The notes beneath the pieces are model-generated. The model did no database searches. It was given only the letters and a program-made list of their open reading frames with translations, and was not told where the DNA came from. From NCBI GenBank assembly GCA_964016885.1, contig OZ024746.1:77128001-77192000 (forward strand): a DNA stretch of 64,000 nt, read 5' to 3'. The position numbers were made by a program, and so were the translations under genes. Each line of letters opens with the position of its first letter. The stretch's first letter is position 1. This DNA is from Eledone cirrhosa. Its lineage: Eukaryota. Of the stretch, positions 41,465 through 53,965 are shown piece after piece.

Positions 41465-41593
41465 CAAAGTTTGTTTTATAAATAGAGACGTACCCATGAA
41501 AATCATACCTTATCGGTTGGAAATTCACTGTGAATTTCCAACCGATAAGGTATGATTTTCATGGGTACGTCTCTATTTATAAAACAAACTTTG

Positions 41594-41658
41594 TATTTTA
41601 TCTGATGAAAGCGTATCAATGTTGTCTTGGTTACCCTTGAAATATATATAATAAAATA
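41594..41658 (+). ncRNA. Minimal type-I hammerhead ribozyme motif
   Basis: Stem I TATTTTAT/ATAAAATA; CUGAUGA at 41602-41608; imperfect stem II AAGCGTA../..TACCCTT; GAAA at 41639-41642; 1-bp stem III with palindromic AUAU loop; AUA cleavage triplet ending at 41650. Confidence 0.75.
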
Positions 41659-41697
41659 AATATAGTTTTATAAATATAGTTTCCATTTATTTAATAT

Positions 41698-41742
<45 letters not shown>

Positions 41743-43739
41743 AATTCTGGACATCAACAGGATATGATTTAATCAAAACTGCAAAGAATGCTTTGTGTGT
41801 ATTCCCATGTAATTATGTAAGCACATTAACATCATATTTAATATATGCACACGCGCGTGTGTGTGTATGCCATCTGCAAGAGTTTAAACAATCCTAGCCA
41901 TAGAAACATGTACATCTACTAAGGCCATATGTACAAACCATGTGTGAATCTGACTTATTCACATGATATAATGTAAACACATCACATTCACTGAAATTTT
42001 TTATCTATATAAAAGGAATGGTGCCAATCGTTAGATTGGACTATGAAAAATACGTTTCCATTGCTGATACTATCTGTCAGTGACAACTGCTATATCTGTC
42101 AGTGACAACTGCTAGCAGGAGGAGGTAGGATTTGAACCTAGAATGTGCAGAGCCAGATCAGATACTGCAAAATATCCCGTCTGACTCGTTAACAATTCAG
42201 CCAATCCACTGCCTCTGAATGAGTACTTTATTTATCGACCATAAAAGGATGAAAGATAAAGTTGATCTTCAGTGTATTTGTGCACAGTAAGCCAGAACAA
42301 GTACAGAGATATTTAATCTGATACCCTAATGACTATGCCAATTCACTGCATAATTTGTTATCCTAACATCTCTTATGAGTTAATATACCTGGTATGAGAC
42401 TCAGAGCATGAAGAAAATGTTAGTATAATGGAACAATGTAGCTTTTTCAATGTTCCCAGCCTCTGTTTTGTTTTCTTAAATTAACTTTCATGCACTTTTC
42501 ATTCGTCCTTACAAAAGTTATTTTTCAAACTCTGTACATATGTAGATACATACAAACATATATACACACACATGGACAACAGATAAAGCATAAAATAAAA
42601 TTGACATTTAACTGCATATGTTTTATAATGGTGCATCCAACCTATGCCAGAATGGAAAGCACATTTATGATGATGATATCGAATGAAGATAATATAGGAT
42701 AGATGGAACTCTAATCTTGTCAAAGACATAACAACCTCTCTTGTGCTGGTGCTATCATAATGTTCCTAGTACACTTATGCTAATCATACACTTCAGAGAA
42801 AGATACAAGTAACACACCCTTCCATTATTCACCCCTGTATATCTGAAATTTTTATAGCAACACAAGATATTAACATAAATGTGAATCGCTACGATAAAAT
42901 CTTAACAATTAATAACTCCGTTATCAATCCTTGAAACAATTAATGTGCTCAGCATCAAAATGACCATTAAAGATATGAAAGCAGCAAGATCATCTAAAAT
43001 AAGACTTGTGTTAGTCGTTCACATAACCAATTGAGATGTATGATGAATTTTCTATCAGTTTCAATAATGAGAATTCAATTGTTTGAATATTAAACTGATG
43101 AAGTAATGTGTAAATTATTCCCAAGCCTAATCAGGTACAATTCATCTGATGGGCTTCCATATAGTTTCTCTTGACCCAATTTCACTTACAAGACTTGGGT
43201 CAAGACACTTGAGTCCTCATGATTACAAAGTGGATTTCTAATCCATTAAGTTATGCTGTGTACATAGGTAGAATAGGGAGATATTAACCCCAATATGAAA
43301 ATAGTAACAAGATCAACTGCTAAAAAAGTAAAGGAAATTCTCTAGGAAAAAGGGATTGCAGAGCATGAAACTGATGATGAAAATGGCAGAGAGAATTATT
43401 CTTCCTCCTCATCAGCACCGTTTAATGTCTGATTTTTCCATGCTAGCACACATTGGACATGTCATCACAAACCATGTTAACACTAAATCAGAACCATTGT
43501 CCTCACTGACAGGCCTGAGGCCACATCTTACTTACAAAGTGTACTAGGTGCACTTTATCATGGCATCAGTGCTAGGAAGGTTGCCATACCCTTGACACAA
43601 ATTGAAGACTCCTCTCAAACCCTTTGTTTGGCACATTTCCTATGGCTGGATGTTATTCCTAACACCAACACTTTACAATTTAGATATATATATTAGGCTT
43701 ATGCCAAAACAACATACCATGCACTGTTATAGTCTGATG

Positions 43740-44740
43740 GATGGTAAAGAAACTGGATGAGGTGAAATGACTTGAGAGCGATGTAAGTCACAAGGAGTGA
43801 CTATAAGCAAGGTGAGAGTTTGTGCAGGTAAATGTCTATCAGAGTCTGGTTCTCACTCTCTTATTATTATAATATCTTTCTAAGACAGCTAAAAGTCAAC
43901 TTAGAACATAAAAATTGTAGTTAGCAGGAAAGAATAGAGAAGTCTGCTTTCTGGAAAGTGTTCATGCTTGATATGCAGAAATGTATCAGTAGTAAATCTA
44001 TACTGCATATGCATTGTAAACTATGGTTGCACAAAAGGTATAGAGGGATTTAAGAAAAGCTGACAAGACTTCATATGTAACAGATGCATAGGAGTGGTTA
44101 GAAGCAAAAGCACTCAGAAAGTTTGATAGGAGTTGACAGCCTCTGTGAGCTAGGTGACCTAATCAGCAATGGAAAAGTGTGTTCTGAAAGCACTTAAGTA
44201 GAAGGCTTACTAAAAGTAGTTGACAGTCTCTATAACCTAGGTGACTACATCAGTAGTGGAGGAGTGTGTTCTGAAAGCCTTGTAGCCAATCTAGGATGCA
44301 GCAGGGAAAGGTACAGAAAATTATTACTTCTGTTGGCAACAAATGAATTTTCTAAGTGAAGGGCAGATTGTATGGCATTTGTATGCAAATTGTGATACCA
44401 CATGGTAGCGAGATATGGGTAGCACTGAATGTGAGTGTGAAAAACTAGGAAATAAAGCATGATCCATTGGATGTGTAATGCCAGTGCACAGGAATGATAA
44501 AATACAGGAGAGCAGGAAACTTTGAGCATTATAGGGATCGTATTTAATATGCAAGAAAGAAACCTTCACTGGTACAGATATGTGATGCATATGAAGAATG
44601 ACAGTTAAGTGAAGAAGTATCAAGCAATCTTGTGGAAGGAGATTGTAGATCTTAGGGACCACAATGGTGAGATTCTGCAATAGGGTAGACATGCTGAACC
44701 GATGTCAGCATGGAAAAACAGCTATGAAATGGGGATAATG
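43740..44740 (+). pseudogene. Heavily decayed RTE LINE 3' portion
   Basis: Broken remnants resembling the 56875-58746 element, ending in a GCATGGAAAAAC-type tail. Confidence 0.65.
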
Positions 44741-45352
44741 AACACATCTTGGTATAGTGAAGCATGTGGCCTAGTAGTTAGAGAGTTGAATTCATGATCA
44801 TATAGTAAAGGGTTTGATTCCTAGACCAGGTGGCATGTTATGTGTGTCACAATTTGATGGTTTTCCTGAAGCACAGCAGTTCAACATATGAAGATTAGTA
44901 TATTACTTTAAAAACAAGAAGGGTTGGCATCAGGAAAAGCTACTCTTACCCACTAAGCTAACAGTACATTAATCATTTTGATACCAAAATGCCTGAAACC
45001 ATCCATTGGTTCTCCTGTCATAATTTGTTTAGTTATGTTCTAAATACCAGCTTAATAACAGACAAAGTTAGTTATATTATTAAATTACTCTAGCTTCTTG
45101 ATTATTTCCAAAGTTATTTGAAAACCACAAGCAGTGTCTTTCATTAGAAATATGGTAATGAAAAGATTAAATCTTTATATTTATCTAAAAATCTTTCATC
45201 ATAATTTTATTTAGGACATGATGTTATGTAAACTATGTTTCAAACATCAGTTTAATAATGAGAAAGTTATATTACTAAATCCCTCTAGATTCTTGATAAT
45301 TTCAAAGTTTAATGAGCCAACTGACAATAGATTAGAAAGGTTAATAACTTAC

Positions 45353-45416
45353 ATGCACGTCCATTGGTCTCGACATCAAAAAAGCACCGAGGACGGTACG
45401 TTCCGTTAACAGTCAT
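45353..45416 (-). CDS. NKTR: NKTR/PPIG-family SR-cyclophilin, coding exon 1 (MTVNGTYRPRCFFDVETNGRA)
   Basis: Reads tttcag|T ATG ... GCA T|gtaagt. RPRCFFD is the typical PPIG/NKTR N-terminus. Ends phase 1. The acceptor just before the ATG implies an upstream non-coding exon. Confidence 0.93.
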
Positions 45417-47299
45417 ACTGAAAATAATAAAAGGGACAAAGAAATTAACAATGAATTTTAATATAACCATATACTCATATTAGTCACACTGATAAATATG
45501 TTGCACACTCTTCGTATTTATATTTTCCCTTCAGGCTTGACACATACATAAATCACATGATTTTCATAAATACTTTTTGCAGCCTGTCACATGATTTGGC
45601 ATGGGTGAGTGTGGACTATGTAGTAGAACATGCAGGCTTAGTAATTTTCTTAGTGTGCTTAGAGAAAATGTCAAAAATTAGGTTTGTCAGCTTACCAAAC
45701 AGTAAGTTGAAATTATTTTATTTGGGAGGATGATGTACATAGCTGGGAGAAGAGGATACATTGTAGAACTAGCCAGGGGTGCAAACTACCCATGTGCTGA
45801 CACAGAGTACCACCAAAAACATCATCAAAATGATACAGTTGAGCTTCCTAGATGACCTTTTAACAATAGTGAAGACTTTAAACACACTCAGTAATATTAC
45901 TTTCACTTGTATAATTTAACTAAAACATGCACTCAGTACAACTTGTAAGGTGGTTGGTGATAGGAAGGGCAGCTTGCTGTAGAAACTATGCCTAAAAGGG
46001 TTGATAGGACCCTTCAGTAGTTTTATCAACCTCCCTACTGTTGGTCACCTACATGATAAATGCACCTAGTACGATGTAAAGTGGTTGATGATAGAAATCA
46101 TATCCAGCTGTAGAAAACAAAGGGTTGGGAGGACCCTCCAGTTGTGTCAAGGACATGACAACCTACTTAGTGTTAATCTACACAATAAAATGCACTCAGT
46201 AGAAAGTAGGACCATACATAGGCAAGATGTGGATCCCTGGCCAGTCCGAGAGGTCAGTAGCCCTGCTTCACGACTGAATCAGTCTGTGAAGACCTGTCCA
46301 ACTCTTCCTAGCAGGAAAAACAGATGTTAAATGATTGTCATATAGTCTCATGTTGAGTGAAGGAACATGCCCTAGAGATTAGGGTGTTGAAATCCTGGGT
46401 TATTATGGCATGTGTGTTCCTGAACTAAATGCTTTTCAAGACAGTACTAAGGCCCCTAATTATTAAAAATACCCTCTTATGAGATGCAGCCTTGTAGGAA
46501 GCCAGCTAAACTTCCATTGGTGTCAGCTGTAAATTTCATTTTGCATTAGTTCTATTTTGCACTGGTTAGTAGACATAACTGGAGGAAAAATCTGTTACTA
46601 AATCAGATTTTATAATTGTAATAGTAAGAGAGAAGGTTTTATGGAAATAGTAGCGAATCTCACTCAAATCGCATTGCCATCTTAAAATAAAGGAAAAACA
46701 CATTATATGAGACAATGTAACCAATGATAGGCAAAAATGCAAAATGGTCATGGCTGGAACGATTATGATCCTATGTTTGTTGACTTAGGACTGACCTGAG
46801 GCTTAAACAACATCAACCATTACAAGAATTCATAACATAGGGATGGTTAGGCTTTACACCAACATAGCTGAAATAAATTAAGCAGAAATAAATAGCGCTA
46901 CCATTAAGGTCAACTTGGCAACTGCATATAGTGCAGACCTCAGAGAGCTGCATTACTGAACCTTAGACAAACTTGTATAATAAAATATAACAATTTCCAA
47001 TGATCAATAAATAGCAAACATCTTTGCCATGTAGCAGCATTGTGGAAATATCCAAAGCAGTGGAGAGTGTCATATGGTGTTACAACCTATTACATGAAAT
47101 GGTGTGGGTGACTGAGGATTTTGTTGTAGAAAATACTGGTTTTGTACTTTTCTTAGTGTGATCAGAGGAAGAAATGTCAAAAATTAGGTTTGTCAGCTTA
47201 CTAAATTGTAATTTGAAATTATTTTATTTTTTAAAATGAGGTGCACATTGTAGAGCTCATCTAGGGTGCTAAGTACCCATGCGTTAGCTCTGGAGATGA

Positions 47300-47760
47300 A
47301 AATCGATAAAAAAAAATTTTTAAATGCTTAATATTCTACAAATTATCATTGATTTCGTTATAAGAAACATTTCTTGATTGTGTTTGTTCAGCTCCAGGGT
47401 TTGAAACGTAAAAAAAGTAAAAACGAACTAGTCTATAATGAAAAACAGATGGTTAGTTTTCACATACTGTGCTTGGTTTACGTGTCTTTAAACACTTTAA
47501 AAACAAGGCAGGCAATTTCGGAGGATGGGAGAAGTCGATTATTTTTTTTACTAATATTTTCATGTCTGCTACTTATTTTTATCGATTTCTTTTTTTCTTT
47601 TTCTGTCGAAGAGCGAAGTTATGGGACATAAACGGACACACACACACACATACACATACATATCGGCAGGCTTCTGCAGTTTCTGTCTACTAAACTCCAC
47701 TCACAAGGCATTAGTCAACCGCCCGAAGGCTAAAGTATAAGACTTGTTCAAGGTGCCGCA

Positions 47761-47805
<45 letters not shown>

Positions 47806-49236
47806 TGTGTGCGTGTGTAAGAGAGAAAGCACAAACAATAATTAAAGTATTTCAAAAACAGATGTACGTTTTGTTTGTTTTTACCTATATCTAGATTATG
47901 CTTCTGATATCCATCCAATCTTAGGATTCATCAACATCAATTTTCAGAACTTGTCATAGCTGGAACACCTTTGATCATAGGTCTTCTCAGACAAGCATAA
48001 AACAAATCCAGTCAACAAAGTGGGTTCGACCGGCCAGAAATAGCTAAATCTCCTCCAAAGGAAGACAATACAGTCGCAGTTGTACAAAAGAATGATGAGA
48101 CGGTCATGGCTGAAACGTCTCTGATCATAGATAAGTTTACTCAATCGGGACTAACCTGGAGGTATACAATAATATAAAGCAAGTGTGGCTTAACATTACA
48201 TTTATCAGGGAAGGTTGATGTAGAGTAGGCAACCAGGGTTAGCAAGCTTCAGTGATATAATGCATAAGAATTGTTTCGAGTTTTTCAAGAAACACGAACG
48301 TTAACGATAATATGCAATATGTTTACACATCATGAACAAATTTATGAATCAGTAAATTGTAGAATTTTAAGAAAAAGAAAGAAAAAATAAGAAAAATAAA
48401 CAAGCTTAGCAACTTGATCAATAACGTTGGCGACGGCGAGTGGATACTGACTGATTATATATATATATAGCAGTTGTGAGATAGATAATGGACAGATCCT
48501 CACTCAAATCGATAAATGTTATAATTATTCCGACGCTAATCAATACTAAACACAGACAAAACAACTATCCTCCGATATGTTTTGCTGTATTATTATTATT
48601 ATTGGTAGTCCCGCCGAGGTTAACTTTGCCTTTCATCTTTACGAGGTCGATAAAATAAAGTACCAGTAACGTACTGAGTTTTTGCTGGCCTTGTGCCAAA
48701 AGTAGAAACAATTATTATTATTGGTAATGAACCGAGGTTAACTTTACCTTTCACAATTCCGGGGTCGATAAAATAAAGTACCAGTCAAGTACTGAGGGTC
48801 GATTTAATCAACTTTCCCCTCTCCCCACAAAAACTGCTGCCCTTGTGTCTAAATTAGAAAACAATATTATTTGTAATGAATCACAGAATTGTCCGAATTA
48901 AAAATTTCTTAATTTAATCGATACTTTGTAAATCCGCGGAACTGCTATGTACAAAAGAGTTAATTGGTAATATTACAAACCAGACCAATGCAGCTAAATA
49001 CTTCTGGTGCAAATATAAACTAAAAGAGAATTCAGTTAGACCCTCTCCTTAATAATTTAACCCTCCAAATAAAAAAGTATTTTCACTTTATTATCATTTT
49101 CCACCATAATCTCACCAATAGAAATAGAACTACTTGAAAGGCAGAATTGATTGTGTGTATGTATATATATATATAAAGGAAATGAATACAAAGAGTTTAA
49201 AACCGTTAAAACACGTTTATATAATAATATATATCC

Positions 49237-49293
<57 letters not shown>

Positions 49294-52100
49294 GATATAT
49301 ACATACATACACTAGTAATCTCAGTAATATAAAATAAATATAATAGTTTCTACTATGGTATTGAGCACTTTTCCTCGGCGTACCGATTATATATATATGT
49401 ATTAAAGCACTAAAGCTGCCAATGTCAGTCACTATAAAACCATTTTTTTTTTTTCAATGAAGTATAAATTATTTTCGGGATTTCGACGAAGGAGAGCAGC
49501 AGAAACATAACTGTTATTATATGATATTTCTCTCTGTAGTTGAAGAAAATATATGAGATAAAATATAACGATGGTGATAATGGCGGAACACGAACATACA
49601 AATTACACATAGTAGAGTTATAATATAGTTACAGCACAATACACAATATATATATATATATATATATATATACAGCAAACAACAAGGGGTAATACAACGG
49701 CTGCTGCTGGCTAACTCTTCGTTTTATATTTGTTGAATAGTGACGGAGATTTTAGCAACAAAAAAAAAGCCTACATCTAACTACATAAGCTTATATAGTC
49801 ATAACAAGTAGATAACAATTTGAATAGAACAATATATGCACTACAAGATAATTTTAGTTTTGCAGATTTTTTTTTGTCTTCTTTCTCATCCTCAAATGCT
49901 TATTAAATGCGGCAGATATATATGTAATTCCTAACGAACATCCTTTACAATTGTAAATATGACACACGATACAAAACAAAATGGTTTCAAAATGTATTCA
50001 GTTAAAAATCTACAACTATATGTTACGTGTGTGATGCACTCAACCATCTAAACTATTAAAATGGTTGGTTATCCAAATATATTTACAATAGATTAATATA
50101 TACATATACACGCATACATGATTATATACGTAACCGACTATATAAATAGATAGATTAGTCTTCGGATAGTTTTTTTGAAAAGACTTAGCGAACACTCGCT
50201 TTGCTGAAACATTGTAGCTATGTTGTAAGAAAATTAATAAACTTAAATATTTACTCTATTATTAATACGAAGTTCTTTCTCTTTCACAGATTACTAATAT
50301 CATTAGATTAGAACCATATATATGTAACCTTGTTTGTAAAAATATACATTAATTAGTAGTCACATAATTTAACAAGAAAATAAACAGCGCTATAAACTAG
50401 TGTAGTAGTAAGATCGTTTAGTATGCGGGAAGAAAACGTTTAAGAAAGAATGCATTTAGTGTCATCAATTATCATCAGTGAGATCGATGTTTTTTGTTTT
50501 GTTCAACAAAAGCGGAAGCAGTGATATTTAGAACAGACCATAAAAAAAAAATCCTCGGAGCAAGAGGTGTTAATTGTCAATTGACACTACCTACTTTTTA
50601 TGCAGAAATGCATCTTTCTCCCAGTATATACTAATGTATTGCATACAGAAGCATAAATATATATATATATAAAGTGTATTTTTAACAAGAGGATAAAGTA
50701 AGATGAGGAGAGGTAATAAAAACAACAGAAAATATGTCCAAGATTACATTTAAACGGCGAGGAAAATGGAAAGCATGCACGATTAAGGTATACGATAATA
50801 ATTTCGGAATAAAATCGCCTCGATTCTCACTACTTAAAACGAATATATAGTATTAAAGGTTAAGAAATACTAATTACAGATGTAACGCTGATCAAGCATG
50901 AGTCTATATATACATATAAAACAGAAATCATTAGGAATACCTCAAGAATGCTTCATGTACATCATTAAAGATTTCAGGAATGGCGGTTTATAGATCTGAC
51001 CTAAAAAAAGGTGCGATAGATTCGCACCATAAAATTAAACGGAATAAAAACAAATTGTGTACAGAAATAAATAGATTATGATGCTATCTAATATATTGAA
51101 AAATGTGATCACGAATAATAGCACGAGTATGTTTTATTGATTTGAACACATTTTAAAATTAAATGGTTGAAACGGCGATAAAAGTTTTTAATAAAACCCT
51201 AAACATTATAATGGACTGAACCAGAGGGGTTTGACGTGACGTAAACCAGGAAGGTTGTGGTTTTTTCGTGCCTCTGTATACCACTTTAACAGTTTTGGAA
51301 CTTCAAGTGGATAGAATCATTTTTTTCTAAAAAAATTTCTAAAATTAACTTGTTGTTTTATATATAAACATAACCAAATTGCTTATTTCCGTTAGAGGTG
51401 TTAAAGGTATAATAATATAAAATATAAGTACGAATTTATTTATGGGATTAAGTAACTCATTTAATGATTCATTCGCAAACCTAATGGATATATATTTTAT
51501 TAAAACCAGAAATATTACCGTACTTGCAATTTTATTCAACGTTGATATTGCCTTTGATAAATTTAAACCTTATAATTGTTCGTTTCTACCACAAAACGTA
51601 GCAAGCTTAATATACTACGTTTTCAAGAAAACAGAAGCTATCGGCTCCTTCAACAATATATTTATATAATCGTATTTGCAATTATTTGAAGCGTAGGACA
51701 CCCGACTAAATGCCATTCACTCCTGTATCCTCAAATCCCGATGGCGTTGACTCTGCTCTTCATCATTTTGTTTGTCTATAAAACAAATACCAGTAATACA
51801 CTAGGAAAAGTAACTGGTTTGAGCCAAGACCCGTTCGAAATTTGGTTTTGTACTTCTTTAACAGAACATTCAGACTTACAGGAAGGAACGAAGGAAGTTT
51901 ACTCGTGACATTCAATAAGTTTTCTCAAGGGCATTAGCAACAGAAATAAAACGATTCCAGATGGGAATCGAAACCGAATATCTTATATACATACTTCTCT
52001 GTCTGACATGAAAGCTTAGATGTACAAGAAAAGGGAAAAGAAATTGTATGTCATGCATGCGTTTTTTGAAGCGAATGAACTTTGATGGAGAAAAAAAATT
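47300..52100. promoter_or_regulatory. Candidate promoter / non-coding first exon region of the NKTR-like gene
   Basis: Upstream of the ATG exon and visibly richer in CpG than the gene body. Contains TGACGTGACGTAA (overlapping CRE/ATF-like sites, 51232-51244), CAGGAAG (ETS-like, 51247-51253) and AATGGCGG (YY1-like, 50979). The TSS cannot be located. Confidence 0.4.
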
Positions 52101-52231
52101 AAGTTGTGGGCTCCTTTAATTCAGAGTTCAAATAGCACCAAAGTCAACTTCTTAAACATTCAGCTATGTTGCATCTGTTCTAATTATGTAGAACTGGAAG
52201 AAATCTCGGTATTTTTTCGTGTATATATATA

Positions 52232-52466
52232 TGACACTTTCTCTAGTAGCAACTTGACACATTTAATGATAGGCCCATGTTTTGTGGCTAGACAAGCAGA
52301 AGATAGCAAGCTGTTGAAGTATCAACCACTTTCTTATAGGTTTGTCATTAAATCTATAGTGGTGGAGACTTCTGGTATTCTGGGTACCCGAACCACCTCT
52401 CTACTATTGGGACAGAGTTGGCTACCTGCAAATTGTAATGTCTATTTCAACAGGTCTGCTTTATGA
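52232..52466 (+). pseudogene. Fragment of a REL endonuclease domain from a CRE/NeSL-like non-LTR retrotransposon
   Basis: DTFS.S....GP..VARQAEDSKLLKYQPL...F....VETSGILG matches the DT..S...AA..AE..K..KY..L...F.P...ET.G..G pattern. Confidence 0.65.
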
Positions 52467-52736
52467 TCATCACTTTCAGTTCTGTCTGGTGTCTGCACAT
52501 TGGTGAGCATGCAGCTGGTTTCGTGTGGACGTCCAGCCAGATGATTTAGAGACAGTTGCTTCTGATAGGACCTTCTGGAAGGCATGTCAGGACTCTGTTC
52601 CCACAATCCTCTCATGCACAACTGGGAGAAGAAGATTGCAAATTGGTGTGTGCGTGTGTCTGTGTATACATATGTCCCAAGGCTCTGATACCATCAACAC
52701 TATAAACACAGAGCTGGCATATCTAAGAACTGACTA

Positions 52737-52794
52737 ACTGCCTGATGAGGTCATAGCCATTCAATGGCTATCATTGAAATATATATATAGCAGT
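52737..52794 (+). ncRNA. Minimal type-I hammerhead ribozyme motif (PLE-type)
   Basis: Stem I ACTGC/GCAGT; CUGAUGA at 52742-52748; stem II ATAGCCAT/ATGGCTAT with G.U base; GAAA at 52776-52779; palindromic AUAUAU loop III; AUA triplet ending at 52789; AATAAA follows. Confidence 0.8.
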
Positions 52795-53239
52795 AAATAA
52801 AGGATTATGAGTTCATGCAATTGACTTATGTTTCGTCACTATATATATATATATATATACATGTATACATATATTCATTTGCACATACATCATTCATTTT
52901 ACATCACTTTTCTATACTGGTGAGGGTTGGACAGGTTGTCATAATCTGAGATTAGATGAGTTAAAGGGACCTTATCTTGCTCACACATTCTATATTTGAC
53001 ATGGTTTCTACAGCTAGGTGCCTTTCCTAATGCCAGTGGTACAAACACTACCACTTTGCAAAGTGGGTGTATCTTATTGTGGCACAAGCACTAACACTTT
53101 ACAGAGTGTAGTGAGTGTATTTTATCATGACATCAGCACTACCACTCTATCATATATTGTCTCTGTTCAATTAACAGCCTCAAAATTAGGAATTACTATG
53201 GGACAATCTGCTGGAAGCCATGAACCAGGCAAGATGGAA

Positions 53240-53965
53240 GGTCACATGGTGGTGGTTGAATGATAAGGTAGAAAAAGCCATTAAAACTAAAAGACAAGCC
53301 TCAAGAGAGTGGGGGAGACAGAAAGCTATACCAGATAGCTTGATGAGAAGCCAGGCACCAAGTATATCTAGTGAAGGGAGAAGCAGAAAAGAAGAAATTT
53401 GCACATATTTTGCATTATGAAGATTAGAGGCATGATGTGTTCCATACTGTGAGAAAGTATGCTAAAGAAAATTGTGATGTGGTTGGGGAAAAGTGTGTCC
53501 AAAATGATAGTGGAGCACTTGCCCTATCTGATGCTGAAAAGAAACAGGCATAGAAAACTTACTATGAGAGGCTGCTGAACAAGGAAAATATATGGGACAG
53601 TGAATGGCTACTCCATGCAGACCCAACTGAAGGACCAGCCATAAAGGTTGACAGTGGCATGATAGATAATGCAATTAAGGATATGAAGGTAAAGAAGGCA
53701 GCTAGACCATCTGGTATAGTCGCTGAAATGCTTACAGCATTGGTATAGTAGGATACAAGCTAGTCAGATGCATAGTTAATCAAATAGTATAGGTTGGTAT
53801 CATACCCAATGACTGGTGCAGCAGTGTCTCTAATGAAGAGAGAAGTAACTACAGAGGCATCAAGTTGATGGACCAGGTCATGAAAATTACAGAAAAGGTT
53901 ATGGCACAACTAATTAGGGAAAAAAAATCAAGTTAGACGAGATGCAGTTTGGATTTATACCATGT
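53240..53965 (+). pseudogene. Decayed RTE LINE fragment (N-terminal to the RT core)
   Basis: TWWWxNDKVEKAI..., KAARPSGIVAEML, NYRGIKLMDQVMK and LDEMQFGF remnants with frameshifts. Confidence 0.85.

Larger units (their letters stand above)
41266..41702. mobile_element. Palindromic non-autonomous element, probably an inverted pLTR pair from a Penelope-like element, inserted in (TA)n
   Basis: Arms 41356-41528 and 41530-41702 with a 1-nt spacer and 2 mismatches. An extra ~90-bp tail lies on the left, (TA)n flanks both sides, and each arm has a hammerhead motif. Confidence 0.7.
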
